This document shows positions 31,298 to 45,970 of a stretch of 64,000 bases of DNA, piece after piece. Within the stretch, counting starts at the first letter, position 1. The number at the start of each line of letters is the position of its first letter. The notes under the pieces are model-generated. The model had not been told where the DNA came from. It did not search any database and saw nothing but the letters and a program-made list of their open reading frames with translations. A program made the position numbers and the translations under genes. This DNA is from the human T2T-CHM13v2.0 reference genome, Homo sapiens, in assembly GCF_009914755.1 (NCBI RefSeq), contig NC_060934.1. The stretch is one strand, 5' to 3'.

Positions 31298-32251
31298 CTA
31301 TGACACTGTGACTTTGGCCATGAGAGGATGGGTGTTATACATCACATTTACACCTGGTTTACCCAGTGAAAACTGGCGAGTCTCAGACGAGTTAGTGCCC
31401 TTTGAGTCCATCCCTTTTGTAGTGCATAAGCTTCACCGCCATTCGCAGCATACACAACCTGAGTGCTCACCTGACCCAGGGCAGCTACCATTGCCTGAGT
31501 TGACTGCCCAGCCCGATAAGCCATTAGGTAGACAAGAATGTGGTGGATATGCATAGCAGTGCCTTTGAAATTTGCATCCTCCTTAAAATCAAGCTACATC
31601 TCATATGCAAAATATAAAATTAAAAGAAATTCATGAATGCAAACACTACTGGGTCTAATTTTAAAGTATAATTTAAATAAAATAGAGTATTAACTACACA
31701 TTGGAAAGGAAGAATTTTAAGAAAAATCTATACGAGTATTTAAAATGTTGGATTTTTGCTGGGTGACACAGTGATAAAAATCCAATATTTGGTGCCAGAC
31801 AGACTAACTTTCTAGGTTTGATGCTAAGTATTTAGCACCTCTGAGTTTCAGTCACTTCATTGGTAGCATGGGCATGTGGTAGGTTCCTTTCTCCTTCCTT
31901 GGATAACCTGAGTTATCTTTAATTCTGTGGTATAGTTTATAAAATGTTGGAAATATTTTATACAGATCCACATTTCCTTTCAAAGTTTCTTGGTACGTGT
32001 GATAGCAATACATCTCCATCTCACTGTGCCCTCCTTGCCTATTGATGAAAGGAATTGGGAAGAAAGGCTACAGTTTCTTATCATTGTGATTACTAATTTG
32101 CTAAAGCATTAAATTAATAGCAGATCCCAGGTCCTAATCCTCCAGTTCCATAAAGGGATAAAGGCATGTCTATTGTACCACCAGCTATGTATGCTGTTGT
32201 CTTGTTGCTTCTTGAAAATGAAGCTATTTCTTATGTGCATAAATAATCTAC

Positions 32252-32550
<299 letters not shown>

Positions 32551-32789
32551 AATAACCCACTTTTGAGACTGGAATTTTATAGATGCACATGCGAGACTAT
32601 GCGGCATAATTTAATACATATTGTTTTATTGTGGGGATAGGAAAAACAAAAGATATATTTGTAAAATTCTACAGTAAAAATGCAGTGCTAGCACTCAGAT
32701 CTTCATAAATGATAGCATCTGTCGCCATCACTGCTTGTTGCCTCTCCAGCAGCTGTCCCCCGCCTATACTCCCCTGCTGGGGGAACCTG

Positions 32790-33160
32790 GATCAATGACA
32801 AACAGAAGCTCAAAAGGTTAGAAACTCACTTTCCAGTTGCTCTTGAGCCACTGGCAGCCATGACACCTAGTTTTATCCAGAGACATTGGTGGAAATACCT
32901 TGGGGGATCTTCTTGGAAAGATTTTCCTCCTGGAGAGATATGGGCTAGAGCTCTACCCCATCTTGCTTTTGGACCTTTGGAAAACTCAGAAAATAGCAGA
33001 GGCAATAACCTGGTATCCAGACATAACTGAGTTACTGAACCAACCCCAATAATCAACTGCTTCTGAACTTATTATTTGGAAGGAAAAATAGTCCTTATTG
33101 CTTAAACTGCTTTTAGCCTGCTTTTGGGTACTCTACTCCTTGCAGTTGAAAACATCCCTC
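32790..33160 (+). mobile_element. Old MLT1-type MaLR LTR
   Basis: 'gcagccatgacacctagtttt...ttgcttaaactgctttt...ccttgcagttgaaaacatcc'. Confidence 0.5.
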
Positions 33161-34378
33161 CGACTGCCTCTCCCACTGTTCCACTCTGGCTCTGAGCCTG
33201 CCTACCTCTTGCTTTTATCCTGGTGTGATCTCTGGCACACCCAAGCATACTGCCAGAAAAAAAATGACACAAAGTTGGCCTTTTCTCAATCCCTTTGAAT
33301 GCACTGCTCCCACATGTCCTGATGAGAGACGTGAGACCCTGAAATCAAATTCCCTTAGGAGCCTCAGGGAAAGGGACTGAAAAGGGCAGAGCGGGAAGGA
33401 GGGGCAGGCACAGGTGGGTTGGTGACACTGAAGTGGCCTAGGCAGCTATCACATGCCCTGGAGGAGCCGCAGGGCACATGAGCTGCCCCTGACCCCAGCA
33501 GGAACCACGGGCTGTGAGCTGCAGCCCCTCTAGTTCCAGAGGTGACCTTTACAGGCTAAGGCTGAGTTGTCCAATTGTCTGAATCCTAAGAGATGGTGGC
33601 TGAGAGAAATGCCATTGGCAATTGCCATCCACAGGGCTGCAGAGAGATGGCGGAAGTTTCAGGGAGTCCCTGCAGCAGGGAGAAGCAATTCTACAGCCTC
33701 TGCCTTGATTAATGATGCTCTGTAGGGCACTGTGGAAACACTGGCAAGGGTTCTACGAAGGACTGGGCTACTAAGGAACTGCTGAGTTGCCAGCTGAGGC
33801 ACCTTGCTGCTCAAATGTCCCCAGCTCTCTGCATCCTCCTCTCGTGATTCACCCTTGACATCTGTGCAGTAGAGAAGGAACATATTTCTCTGTTATATTC
33901 ACCCCTCACTGTAGACGGAAAATAGCTTCCCCTCACCAGGAGACTGTCTCTAGAGAGTGAAGCCCGCAAATCTAGAGTTGATCCAACTGTGAAGGACCTA
34001 AAGTTCTAGTCCCACCTTCAGATGGCAAGCAGTAGATGCCACCTGGGCAAAGATGCTTATGCCTGCAGAGATCAGCAGGCAAGTCCCATGCAGGTAAATC
34101 ACAGACTGGCTACTTTCACTAAGACATGAAGCTCTTCAAACTTTGGGCAGCAGAGCAGGATGCTTTGTTTATAAACATTGGCAATCTCGAGTTTTCTGAA
34201 AAGCTTGGAATGGCTCACAAGCCTTCAATAAATTCCAGTTTCTCCAATTCTTTGTGCTCAAGTGTACTGACACAGCACAAAATGAAGTGGAAATGTAGCA
34301 AGAGATGGTCGAGTTGGTGACAACCAGCTGATATCACTAACTTGTCTATTGACGTCACTAATATCAAACCATGGCTAA

Positions 34379-34814
<436 letters not shown>

Positions 34815-35309
34815 AGGAATTTACTTTCTGTGTAGCATTGGCAAGTTACTTATTCCCTTGAAGCTGATAAGTAACAGAGCCAGGACTCAAATATGTGTCT
34901 GGTGGAGTCCAGGACCTGGGCTTTAGACCACGGTGCTGTCCCATGTCCTCTGAACTGGCCCTGGGAAGCTCCACCTTGCGCTCCACTCATCCTCACAGTG
35001 TCTTTCCCCTGACATGTTGCTTTTAGGAAGGTGGCTAATTAATAGGCTCCGTTATTTTTCAGGTGATTTGAAAGGGCAGTTGCAGACCCATTAAAGGTCA
35101 GCAAGTTCATGGAAGCCAGGGTGACTCAACGATGACTTGCAATGGTGCAGCATGAGAGCATCTGTCTAGCAGTGAAGTGGGTCCAGGGCCAAGCTCACAC
35201 TGCTGCTGGCTCTGCCCTCCTGTTTCTATGGTATACAGCAGACTGGCATTACACTTGCCCAATAAAACAGGGACATTCCTAATTAATATCCCAACAACAC
35301 TTTACTTAG

Positions 35310-35355
35310 AGTGTGTGTGTGTGTGTGTATGTGTGTTATAGGGTGTGTGAGTGTA
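35310..35355. repeat. (TG)n microsatellite
   Basis: gtgtgtgtgtgtgtgtgtatgtgtg. Confidence 0.85.
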
Positions 35356-35853
35356 GTTAGAGAGAATGTGTGCGTATTCTGTGGTATTATAGCATAAATG
35401 ATTTGCATCATATAAATGAAAGGGAACATCACTACTCTTCTGAACACAGCGATTCCTTATGGCATCCCATCACTGGCAAGAATTATGCTTAAGGGTTAAT
35501 CTATAGCTTCTAAGTCAATAAAGCCATGTGAATTAAGCCTACATCACAAGGCTTTTTTTCCTGATACCAACCTTCATGGCTGGCCATAGACTATAGAATT
35601 GGATTCTGGCTAAGAGGACAGTTAAAACTCAAGTCATAGACCTTCCCAGAAAGGGAAATTTGATTCAAGAATTGAAAAATCAATTGTGAATACTTTTAAT
35701 AAGTAAAACAAGACACCTGAAGGCCTAATATGTACTACCTTAGTGTTTGTTAGGGCAGCGTTCTAAGCTTGCAAAAGAACATGTGAGAATTTTAGAAATA
35801 ACCCTGGAATCAAACTGAACTTTATAGGTTTGAACTACTTTTAAGGGGAGGGC

Positions 35854-35984
35854 TGTGTGCACGAGTGTGTGTGCCTGTGTGTATGTGCCTGTGTGTGTGT
35901 GCCTACATGTGTGTGCCTGTGTGTGTGCGCCTGTGTGTGCCTGCGTGAGTGTGCCTGTGTGTGTGTGTGTATGTGTGTGTGTGT
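35854..35984. repeat. (TG)n-derived low-complexity repeat with periodic GCCT
   Basis: Repeated 'gtgtgtgcctgtgt' units. Confidence 0.9.
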
Positions 35985-36818
35985 TGGGGACAGTAAAGAG
36001 GATACTCCAGGCTGTTAGTGCAGAGACAATTTTCAAATAAATTTAATTTTCTTTTGTGCGCTGCCTTACAGAAAAGACCCATGTAAATGAAACATTTTGA
36101 GGATCCAAGTGCTTACTTAGAAAAATACAATAAAACAACTTTAAAGGAGCCTATGAGACCGAACCTTTTGTAACTCAATAGTTTGACTAGGAATTCCTAT
36201 TCCTTCTGCATTTGAGCACCACAAGCCAATTATTTATCATAAAACTTTCTAGGTGGTCCTCAGTATAAAAGTTGAGAAAGCATGTCACAAAACACACATG
36301 AGCACTTAAAACCTTTAAAAACAGCCACCTTATTCTGTCTTTCCTTCTGATTAAACAACATCAACATGACCGCATTTTACTTAACTAAGACAAAAGATGT
36401 GAAAACTCCATTTACTAAGCGAGAGAGCGATGTACTCTAAATCATTAGCAATTATAAAGAGTACACATATTTCGTTATGAGAGATTGGCTATACATTTAT
36501 TTTCTAACCCATCCATTAGTGAGAAATATTGGCCGCACATATTAGTGGTTGTGTTGGACGAATGATTTATATTTAAAATCTCATTTTCACTTCTCAGAAG
36601 CACTTTGGAAGTAAGTGTTTTGTTCATGCTGAGCACTGTGGATGGTTTGCACCTCCTGTGACTGCTTCAGGCAGCTTCGCCAGGCTGAGCAAGCACAGGA
36701 ACCACGTGCTATGCACACTTGAAACACTCCAGGTTTCCTCCCTATGCAGACAACAACAGCCATGGGAACTTCCCTCTCCTCTGTATCAACAGAAGTATAG
36801 TGGAAAGCAGAACCCAGC

Positions 36819-37224
36819 TGTTACGGGTCAAACTGTGTCCCCCAAGAATTCATATGTGGGAGCCCTAATGCCCAGGACCTTGAAATGTAACTGTATTTGG
36901 TGATAGGGTCTTTAAAGAGGCGATTAAGTTAAAATGAGGACTTTAGGGTGAGCTCTGATCCACTCAGACTTGTGTCCTTATGCGAAGATGAAATTTGGAC
37001 ACAAAAGGAGGTATGAAGGATTTGTGTACACAGGGCAACAACCATGTGAGGACACAGCAAAAAGGCGGCTGTCTACAAGCCACGGAGAGGGGCCTCGGAG
37101 GAAACCAACCCTGCCAACACCTTGATCTTGGACTTCTAGCCTCCAGAGTGATGAGAAAGTTAATTTTTGTTGTTCAAGTCACCCAGTCTGTGGCACTTTA
37201 TGGCTACCCTAGCAAAGTAAGACA
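36819..37224 (+). mobile_element. MLT1B MaLR solo LTR
   Basis: 'tgttacgggtcaaactgtgtcccccaagaattcatatgt...gatagggtctttaaagaggcgattaagttaaaatgagg...ccctagcaaagtaagaca'. Confidence 0.88.
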
Positions 37225-37429
37225 TCTGCTTACTTATTCATTGGGCAAAGATAGATCTAGCATTATGCTGATGATTCTCAAAACATGGCAAGCCTTGGAG
37301 GTTTAATGTCAGCTTTGCTCCCATTCCAGTAAAGGAGAGCCATCTTCTGTGAGTAACGATTTCACCAAGAACTTAAAATTTTGAGAGATGTCTGACCCAT
37401 GTGATTATAGTAAATGACCAAGTCTTCAG

Positions 37430-37675
37430 TTAATAATGCTAGCAACAATCATCACCAGTATTTATTGGATGCTTATGATGTGCCAGGCTCTGTACTGCAC
37501 ATTCTATGTGTGTTATCTGGTCATCATCCTTGCAATCATATTAGGCTGATATCATTGTTAATCCAGCTTTACAGAAAAAGGATTCTATCTTGCCCATGGT
37601 TACATAACTAGGAAGCCCAACTTGGACCCAGGTAGCTCGTGTCTGGAGCTTATGGTTTTAACCTTTAAGCTATAT
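37430..37675 (-). mobile_element. MIR
   Basis: 'atttattggatgcttatgatgtgccaggctctgtact...cttgcccatggttacataactag'. Confidence 0.7.
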
Positions 37676-37877
37676 TCACTGGTGATGTTAGTGGCCTTAC
37701 AATGCAAGCATTTGAAAATGAAGTGATAGCCTTATTTTTTCCTCCAAACAAGTGACTATGATGATAGGGGACCACATTCTTTTGTGAGCAGGGTCTGCTT
37801 TCTCTCTACTCTTCTATCTTGCCCACCTTCCAGAGTTTATCCACCTCCTGCAGGAAGCCTTCTGGCCCTACCCTATC

Positions 37878-38227
37878 TGATGTGGTTTGGCTGTGTCCCC
37901 ACCAAAATCTCATCTTGAATTGTAACTCCCACAATTCCCAAGTGTTGTGTGAAGAACATGGTGGGATGTAATTGAATCATGGGAGTAGGTCTTTCCTGTG
38001 CTGTTCTCATGATAGTAAGTCTCACAAGATCTGATGGTTTTAAAAATGGGAGTTTCCCTGCACAAGCTCTCTCTTTGCCTGCCGCCATCCACCTAAGATG
38101 TGACTTGCTCTTCTTGCCTTCCACCATGATTATGAGGCCTCCCCAGCCATGTGGAACTGTAAGTCCATTAAACCCCTTTCTTTTGTAAATTGCCCAGTCT
38201 CAGGGAGCATGAAAATATACTAGCACA
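37878..38227 (+). mobile_element. THE1B MaLR solo LTR
   Basis: 'tgatgtggtttggctgtgtccccaccaaaatctcatcttgaattgtaactcccacaattccc...gggagtttccctgcacaagctctc'; TSD ctatc/ccatc. Confidence 0.92.
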
Positions 38228-39140
38228 CCATCCAAAGGGCTCCTTCACTCCTACATTGCTTATTGATGAAATTCTTCATTTGGTACTTGGTATAAACTGA
38301 CCTTATGTTCTCATGCACATTTGTCATGTCTTACCAACTTCTATTCAATAGATGGATGTCAGTATTATGTGACAGATATTCTGGGAGGTCACCTTCTGTG
38401 GCTTTCATTTGTTAGAAGGAGGTTGCTTTGTAGAGGTCAGTGTGTGGAGATAAGCTGGTTCAATTGATCCCAATGGGAGATCACCTGAGGTTACCTGGAC
38501 AAGGATCTGGATGACCAGGGGCTCCCCTCTTCCCCAATAGAGCATAGGAGGTTGAACAGCCTGTAAACAGCCAGCCTCTAAACCCAGACTGCCAGGGCCC
38601 GAGTGGGTGAGCATGTCCCTCAAGGGCAAAGCTGCTGTCACTCTTGCTGTATATGGAGGGACCCACCGTTAGTGTCAGATGAACAAATCAGTTTTCTCTC
38701 ACATGCCAACTATGATCAGTCACATAGAGGTTTGCATTGAGAAACTTACAGTCTGAGATGCAGGAAAAGGGTTATCCAGAATCACTGAGAAGCACTTTTT
38801 AAAAATAAGAGTGCTTAGGCGCCCCCAGCCCAGACTGATTGAACTAGAAACTCCTGGAGGAGCTGCCCAGGTGGTTCTAACATACAGACAGGGAGAGAGC
38901 TGGAGAGAATCCCAGCCCTCATGGTGATTACACCTGGGGAGTGAATTGGTTGGTTCTGTGAAGTGAGAGCCACACAGTAGGTCATCAATATCAGTTCCTA
39001 TCCCCCTTCTTTTGTAGCCCCCCTAGTTATCTACTAGGCACATAATAGAAACTGAGTAAATACTGCGGGTTAATGGACATGTCAGCTCAAATAAGAGCAG
39101 AGCTTTGCCACGATGGGCAAGCCGAACACCCTGGGGGAGT

Positions 39141-39208
39141 AGAGTGACCAACTTACCCTGATTTTAAAACTGAAAGTCCCAGGCAAATCAGAGTGGTTGG
39201 TCATCCTA
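39141..39208. mobile_element. Short MER94-like hAT-Blackjack remnant
   Basis: Terminal inverted repeats 'agagtgaccaac' ... 'gttggtcatcct', internal 'ttttaaaactgaaagtccc'. Confidence 0.6.
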
Positions 39209-39419
39209 CTGGAAGAAGAAGTGAGGTTCCTACAGCATCTCTGCCTCCCACCTAAATCACTGAGATTCAAAACTGGGAGACCCTCAAACTCACCTGGGGT
39301 GAGGGCTGTCCACATTCCTAGCTGCCACTTCACTGTGACCTAGGACATCCACCCAAGGGGAAGATAAGATATGTCTCCAGCAGTAAGAGGAGTTAGGCAT
39401 GTTAGCACCAGATGAGATA

Positions 39420-39451
<32 letters not shown>

Positions 39452-39960
39452 CAAAAAAACAACCAGGGGAAAACCTGCCACCCAGACCTCAATATTAAAT
39501 TTGACTTGTAACTCCTATCTGCGAAAGCTACTGCCTGATTATAGAAGTGTCACATATATGGTTTTGTTTTGTTGTGTTTTGGCAATGAATTTATATTAGA
39601 GTCACCCAAGACTCCTCTGATGCCCTGCATGGGGACATACCTTCAAGTGCCGTTTTACAGACATTTTCAGCTATTTTCAGCCATAGGTAAAAATTTCAAA
39701 AGACAATTTTGGCAGCTATAAAGGACACTTCTGGGCAATTGGGGAAACTCGAATATATATATGGACAATTAGATGATATTCATTCAGGTGTGATCACGGT
39801 GGCATTGATTAGATAGAAAAATGTCCTTATTTTTTAGAGGTACATACTGAAATTTTAGGGATGATATGTTGTCTGTAATTTACTTCATAATAATTCAGAG
39901 AAGAAAATTGGTAAATATTAAGACAAAAACAAACCATAGTAATGGAGGATTTGTATGTAG

Positions 39961-40306
<346 letters not shown>

Positions 40307-40398
40307 AATGAAAGTTCTTAATGATGAGGTTGGTCAGTGAAGAGATTGTTAGTGTTCATCCCATTTACTATTAGGGGATAAGAAAATGGGTAATTCTT

Positions 40399-40577
40399 TT
40401 TATTTTATTTTATCTTATTTTACTTTAAGTTCTGGGATACATGTGCAGAATGTGCAGGTTTGTTACATAGGTATACGTGTGCCATGGTGGTTTTCTGCAC
40501 CTATTAACCCATCATCTAGGCTCCCTCCCCATCCCCCCCACACCCCACAACAGGTCCCATGTGTGTTGTTCCCCTCA
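40399..40577 (-). mobile_element. Very short 5'-truncated L1PA 3' end
   Basis: 'tactttaagttctgggatacatgtgcagaatgtgcaggtttgttacataggtata'; 16-bp TSD aaaatgggtaattctt / aaaatgggtgattctt. Confidence 0.9.
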
Positions 40578-41747
40578 AAAATGGGTGATTCTTAATTTTC
40601 CTAATCTCTCACCCCAAAAAATGGTTTTAATGCTAAAGTCTTTGCAATTTTTTTGAAGCCTGAAGATTTCTAAGGCCGGCCTGCTACAAGAAGTGCATCT
40701 GAGTGAGCACAGGTTGGGGAGCTAGAGGGAGCTGGGCCCCCACACTATCGTTATGGCTGTGGGACCTTAAGCAGGTGGCAGAACTTCATGGAAACTCAGG
40801 CTCCGTCTTTGCAAAGCTGGGATGGGACCACATGAAATGCTATGGATGCAGAGCTGGCCTGGGACAGGTTAGATAATCAATGAATGAAGATTCTCTTGCT
40901 GGGATGGAGGAAGGAAAAAAAAATGTAATTTTTTTTTTCAATGTAAAGCAAAGAAAGAGACCTGACTACCAAGTTTAGCACCAACCTTCCACGCCTGTGG
41001 GATAGATGTATTAATACACTGAATTAATAGTTACTGGAACCCAAAGCTGTCCCAGGAACTATGCATCACAGGAAGTAGCCCTGTGACATTTACATTATAA
41101 AAATTATTTCTTAAAGTTAAATCAACATAGGCAGATTTCTATTATTAATTAGCCCAACCTAGATTTCTATACAAAGGAAATTGAACTTAATATAAGTTGG
41201 ATTCATGTTTTCCCATTTCCAACCTTAAGTATAATGGAAATTACTCCATTTATCGAACAGATACTATGGGCCAAACACATCACTAGATGCTATTAATTTT
41301 CATCTTCAGCACACCCTAATGAAGTGGATATTACTACACAATTATACCCCACTTAGCAGAAGTAACGCATATCAGATAGGTGAAATCTCATGCCCAAAAG
41401 CCATAACTGAAAGACAACACTGCCAGCACGATGACGAGAGGCACTATGACCTTGCCATCCCACCGACTGTTCCCCTTCTGGCCCTGCTACCTACAAGCCA
41501 TAGACTGCTCTGGGTCTCAGTTGTCTTCCTTGGTAACATGAGAATGATGATGGGAATGAGCCCATGGGATCCTGAGGATTAAATGAGCTAGTGTGTTCAT
41601 CCATGCAAAGCATTTAGAACAGCTTCTGGCATGTGGTCAGTGTTCCGGGAGATGAGGCTAATGGATTTAACAAGTAAAATCTGGCCAGCAGACCCTTTAT
41701 GTTGCCTTCATAGTGAATAAACTGGTGGCTCCTATCATCACTCTCCA

Positions 41748-42005
41748 ATGGGTGCAAAAATACCGTTAGATAGAAGGATTAAGTGCTGGTGTTTGACAGC
41801 ACAATAGGGCGACTACGGTTAACAATAGTTTATTGTATATTTCAAAATACCTAGAAGATTTGGAATGTTCCCAACACACACAAAAATAATACATGTTTGA
41901 GGTGATGGATCTCACGATTACCCTGAGTTCATCATTACACATTGTATGCATGTTTTAAAATATCACATGTACCCCATAAATGTGTACAATTATTATATAG
42001 CAATA
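41748..42005 (+). mobile_element. L1MA 3' end
   Basis: 'ttattgtatatttcaaaata...tgtttgaggtgatgga...tatcacatgtaccccataaatgtgtacaattatta'. Confidence 0.85.
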
Positions 42006-44149
42006 GAAAGAGAGGGCTAGAAAAATTCAAGTCTTATTCCTCTTGTTATGCTGTTCAGTAGGGCTGAGGCTGGCCCGTTCCTGGCCTTCTGGCCCCAAAG
42101 GTCATTATTCAGCCACAGCACACCCTCTGGTTGGCTTCATCACTGGCTTTCTCTGCATATTAGAGTGATCCAGACCTGCTATGCCTTACTGGCTGTACTG
42201 CAGAAATGCTTTCTATGCTCTGACTATAAGGTTGTTAAATCCTTAAAGCTTGTTAGGGCAGGGCTTCAAAACTCTTGCTTGGGGTTAATGGTGTCTTGTG
42301 ATGCAGAGAGCAAGCTGCCTCACATGTTAAGAGGAAATTTCTGTGGCTGAGAATATCTTGAAAGACAGAGTTTAGCCAGGAACTCTTGAGGATAAACAAG
42401 CTTTGATATATTACATTGTGTGCACATAAATGAACATTGGTCCCCTTTCAGATACATTCCAGCCATACTAAGATGGATGAACTTAGGTTGGTCTAGGGTT
42501 GGTGCGTTTCTTAAAATGTTTCTGTGTTTGTGCACAGCACAAGGGTTCCAAGCTGAGTTGGAATATAGGATGCGAGGGAAGTGGTGCATTGCATTGTCAC
42601 AAAACAGAGGAAATGATTCAAAGAAACAAAAAGAGAAGTATTTCAAAAGTAAAAAGGGGAATTTCTTCCAGCCACAGACATAAATAGAAGAAACAGTTCA
42701 TTCATTCACTCACTCGCCTATTCGTTCAACAAATGCTCATGGGCTTCTTGTGTCAGGCACTGTGCAAGGTGTGAAGATAGATTAATGAGCAGCACTTGGT
42801 TCCTGCACTCAGGACTCCCACTCTGGAGCGAGAAGGCATCCATCATTGATTATGTTTGGCCTTGGGTACCACCTCTGTGTGCTGGACCTGCTTTCAGCCC
42901 TGAGGGGATGGAATAGGGCCTAATCTTTTCCCACCCTCAGGGCTGGTAGTTGTATCTTCCTTGGAGCTGATGAGATGGTTTGAGACCTTCCTCAGAGTAG
43001 AGACAAGACTGTCAGCCCCTTATATCCCCACTCCTGCTGCTTTGCAGTGCTTCTGCCCATCTCCTCCTTGCTGAAAAATGTTGTGGGGAATTGCAAGACA
43101 GGCCAACCCTAATAATTCATATTCTCCTTCTTCCTCTCCTTCCCTCCCTCTAAAGAAATGAATTACATATCCCATAAGCATATATAATTAAAGAAAATTG
43201 AATCTAATGTATCCCTAACCCATCATGTTCATGTTTATATACTCTCTGTGCTTATTACTGGCTATTAATACTCCTATTGATCTTAGCTTAGACCAGGAAT
43301 TCGAGGGTGGAGATTTTAGTTGCTGTTGTAATTGACATAAACATCCTTCTGCCTACCTATTAGATGACTAAAATCCAATCAAGTGATTAGCATTTACTGT
43401 GAACCTGCTACGTGTCCTGCACTCAGTACTATGAACAACATGGAAGAAAGATAGGCACGTTGTTCTGACCCACTAGCCACGTGCCCAGCCAGTAGCCCCA
43501 GGCTGAGGATGAGCTAGCACTCAATTAGAACAAGCCCAGAGCATCACCTCCCTTTCTATCCCAACTCAATCCTCTTGGGCCCTCTCACCCTCCACTTTCT
43601 GAAGAATCCCTGATCCAAAGCAGGACATTTTGACACAGCTGTGTTGATATGGCTATTTTGCTTTGAGGTATGTTTTATGACATAGTTGCAATGTGTATTA
43701 CCAAGAATTATGCACAGCAAACACTTCTAATCTTTTTCTCTCCCGTTCCCACCCCCACTTCATCTGGGAGACATTTATTTTTCTGCATTGTCTAAACTGC
43801 TTTTGAAGTATTGTCTTCTATTTAGTGGTGTTTTCTTCAAAATCTGTTAGAAAGGAATTAGTCTTTATGGATATGTTCCTGACTTCCAAAAAGTCTTTAT
43901 AAATTAGGTTAATGCTATTAAATATAACTTACATATACTGCTGGGTACTGAGGATGATTAGAAGTGTATTTGAAGCTTCCCTCTGCGATTTGGGGAAGAG
44001 AGTAAGTGCTTCTTTTTAGGAGACTGAAAGGCAAATGGCACTGCGGAGACAGGAGGATGGGGAAGGCCAGCTTCTTTTGGCGGGTCACAGGGGTAGGTCG
44101 AGATGGTTTGGATTTGGGGAACTTCTGATTTTGTAGGAGTAGCAGAAAC

Positions 44150-44300
44150 TTCTGGCACTCACTGACATGTGGCCTTGACCAAGTCCCTCAACTTCTCAGA
44201 GCCTCAGTTTTCTTATCTGTAAAATGGGCATGACAGTGTCCACTGAAACAAGGTGACATCGGAGAGAATAAAGAATAAAGTATTTAAAGCTTTATGGGAA
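44150..44300 (+). mobile_element. MIR
   Basis: 'ccttgaccaagtccctcaacttctcagagcctcagttttcttatctgtaaaatggg'. Confidence 0.8.
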
Positions 44301-45340
44301 CAGCCTGAAAAGAAGCTGGACTGAACTTGGCTTAGTCTCACCTCACCTGGGTTAACACTGTCCCATCCCGGTGTCATTTGAGGCTGGATAATTCAGAAAT
44401 CCAACATGCTTCATGTAGAAATATTGCCTGGGTCTCTCACTGAGACCATGGGATCAGTCCACATCCCTGTAGGTGAGGTTGAGGTCCCCACTGTCAGTCA
44501 CCTTAAGGGAGGTTGGTCTGGAAATTGAAGACTCAGAAGAGCAGCCTTTGATGGGGATGAAAAGAAGGAAATGAAAACCACCACCTTCACCCTCTCCATC
44601 AACCCAAGGTCTCTTGCACATATCCAGGAACTTCCAGGTGGCCGGGGCACCAGGGAATTCCCTGGAGAGGCAGGCTGGGTTGCTCTAATTCCCTTTCTTT
44701 TCTCAAATCCTTCAGTGATGTCTCTTGCCTGGTTTAACTGAGGAGTGTAACTGTGAGGGACAACAGGAAACAATTTTCCCCGATGACTATTCCTGCTATG
44801 CCTCATAGAGCCCTCCTTCCTGGCTTTGTAGAGACCTCCTAAATGTCAGACACTTTCCTTGAAGTCACTTCATCTGGGTAATAAGATGTGGTCCTGCCCA
44901 TTTTTGAAGGTCAGGCTCAGACTTAAGTGAAAACTGCCCCAAGTCCAGCCAGGTCTGGGAGGAGGGGAGGAGCCACAGATTACTTCTTTATGCATGGGCC
45001 CCTCCTCCTGGCCCTAGGGTTGGTTGGGTAGGAGAGCTGGGTGAGGGGCTGGAGAACAGACTTGTCTCTGGTGACTGCCCTGCTGTGGCTGCTCTCTCCT
45101 GGGAGGCATCTCTGGTGGTTTAGCTTATTTTCTAGGCCCCACTAGAGGGTCTCAGTTTCTAGTTGCTCTCCCAGACCTGGGTCCTTCCTATGTGACTTGG
45201 CCTCATCTTCGCCCAGCTGCTGGTGGCCGCACACCCACTCTCCTCTGATGTTGGAGTGGGGTCTCCTGCAAGTCAGCAGTGACCAGTCATGCCCATCTCT
45301 CAGAAACTCGCACTTCAATGGGGCAGCCCCTGCCCCCTAT

Positions 45341-45970
45341 ACTGGGCCGAACATCAGTTTACCCCCCTCCCCCCAACACTGGGCTGGACATCAGCTCATA
45401 TCCCTCCCCAACACACAGGGCTGGACATCGGCTCATCCCCCACCCCACACACACACACTGGACTGTGCATCAGCTCATCCCCCCGACACACACATACTGG
45501 TCTGGACATCAGTTCATCCCCCCCCCCCCACACACACACTGGGCTGGACATCAGCTCACCCCCCTCCCACAACACACACACTGGGCTGGACATCAGCTCA
45601 CCCCCTCCCCCCACACACACTGGGCTGGGCATCAGCTCACCCCCTCCCCCCACACACACTGGACTGGACATCAGATCACCCCCCTCCCTAACACACTGGG
45701 CTGGACATCGGCTCATCCCCTCCCTCCACACACACTGGACTGGACATCAGCTCACCCCCCTCCCTCACACAACACACACTGGACTGGACATCAGCTCACC
45801 CCCCTCCCACAACACACACACTGGAATGGACATCAGCTCATTGCCCTGCCCCCACACACACTGGGCTGGACATCAGCTCATCCCCCTCCCCCCCACACAC
45901 ACACTGGGCTGGACATCAGCTCACCCCCCTCCCCCACACATACTGAGCTGGGCATCAGCTCATCTCTTCC
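45341..45970. repeat. GC-rich minisatellite (VNTR), ~16 units of 37-44 bp
   Basis: Unit = actgggctggacatcagctca + C-run(s) + (CA)n; about 16 heads counted between 45341 and 45942. Confidence 0.95.

Noticed and set aside
42340-42678. 10-bp inverted repeat tctgtggctg / cagccacaga about 330 bp apart
   Set aside because: Too short, no TSD and no known MITE interior; compatible with chance.
45341-45970. CRISPR-like repeat/spacer appearance
   Set aside because: The 'spacers' are related C/CA slippage variants rather than unique sequences; there are no cas genes and the context is primate.
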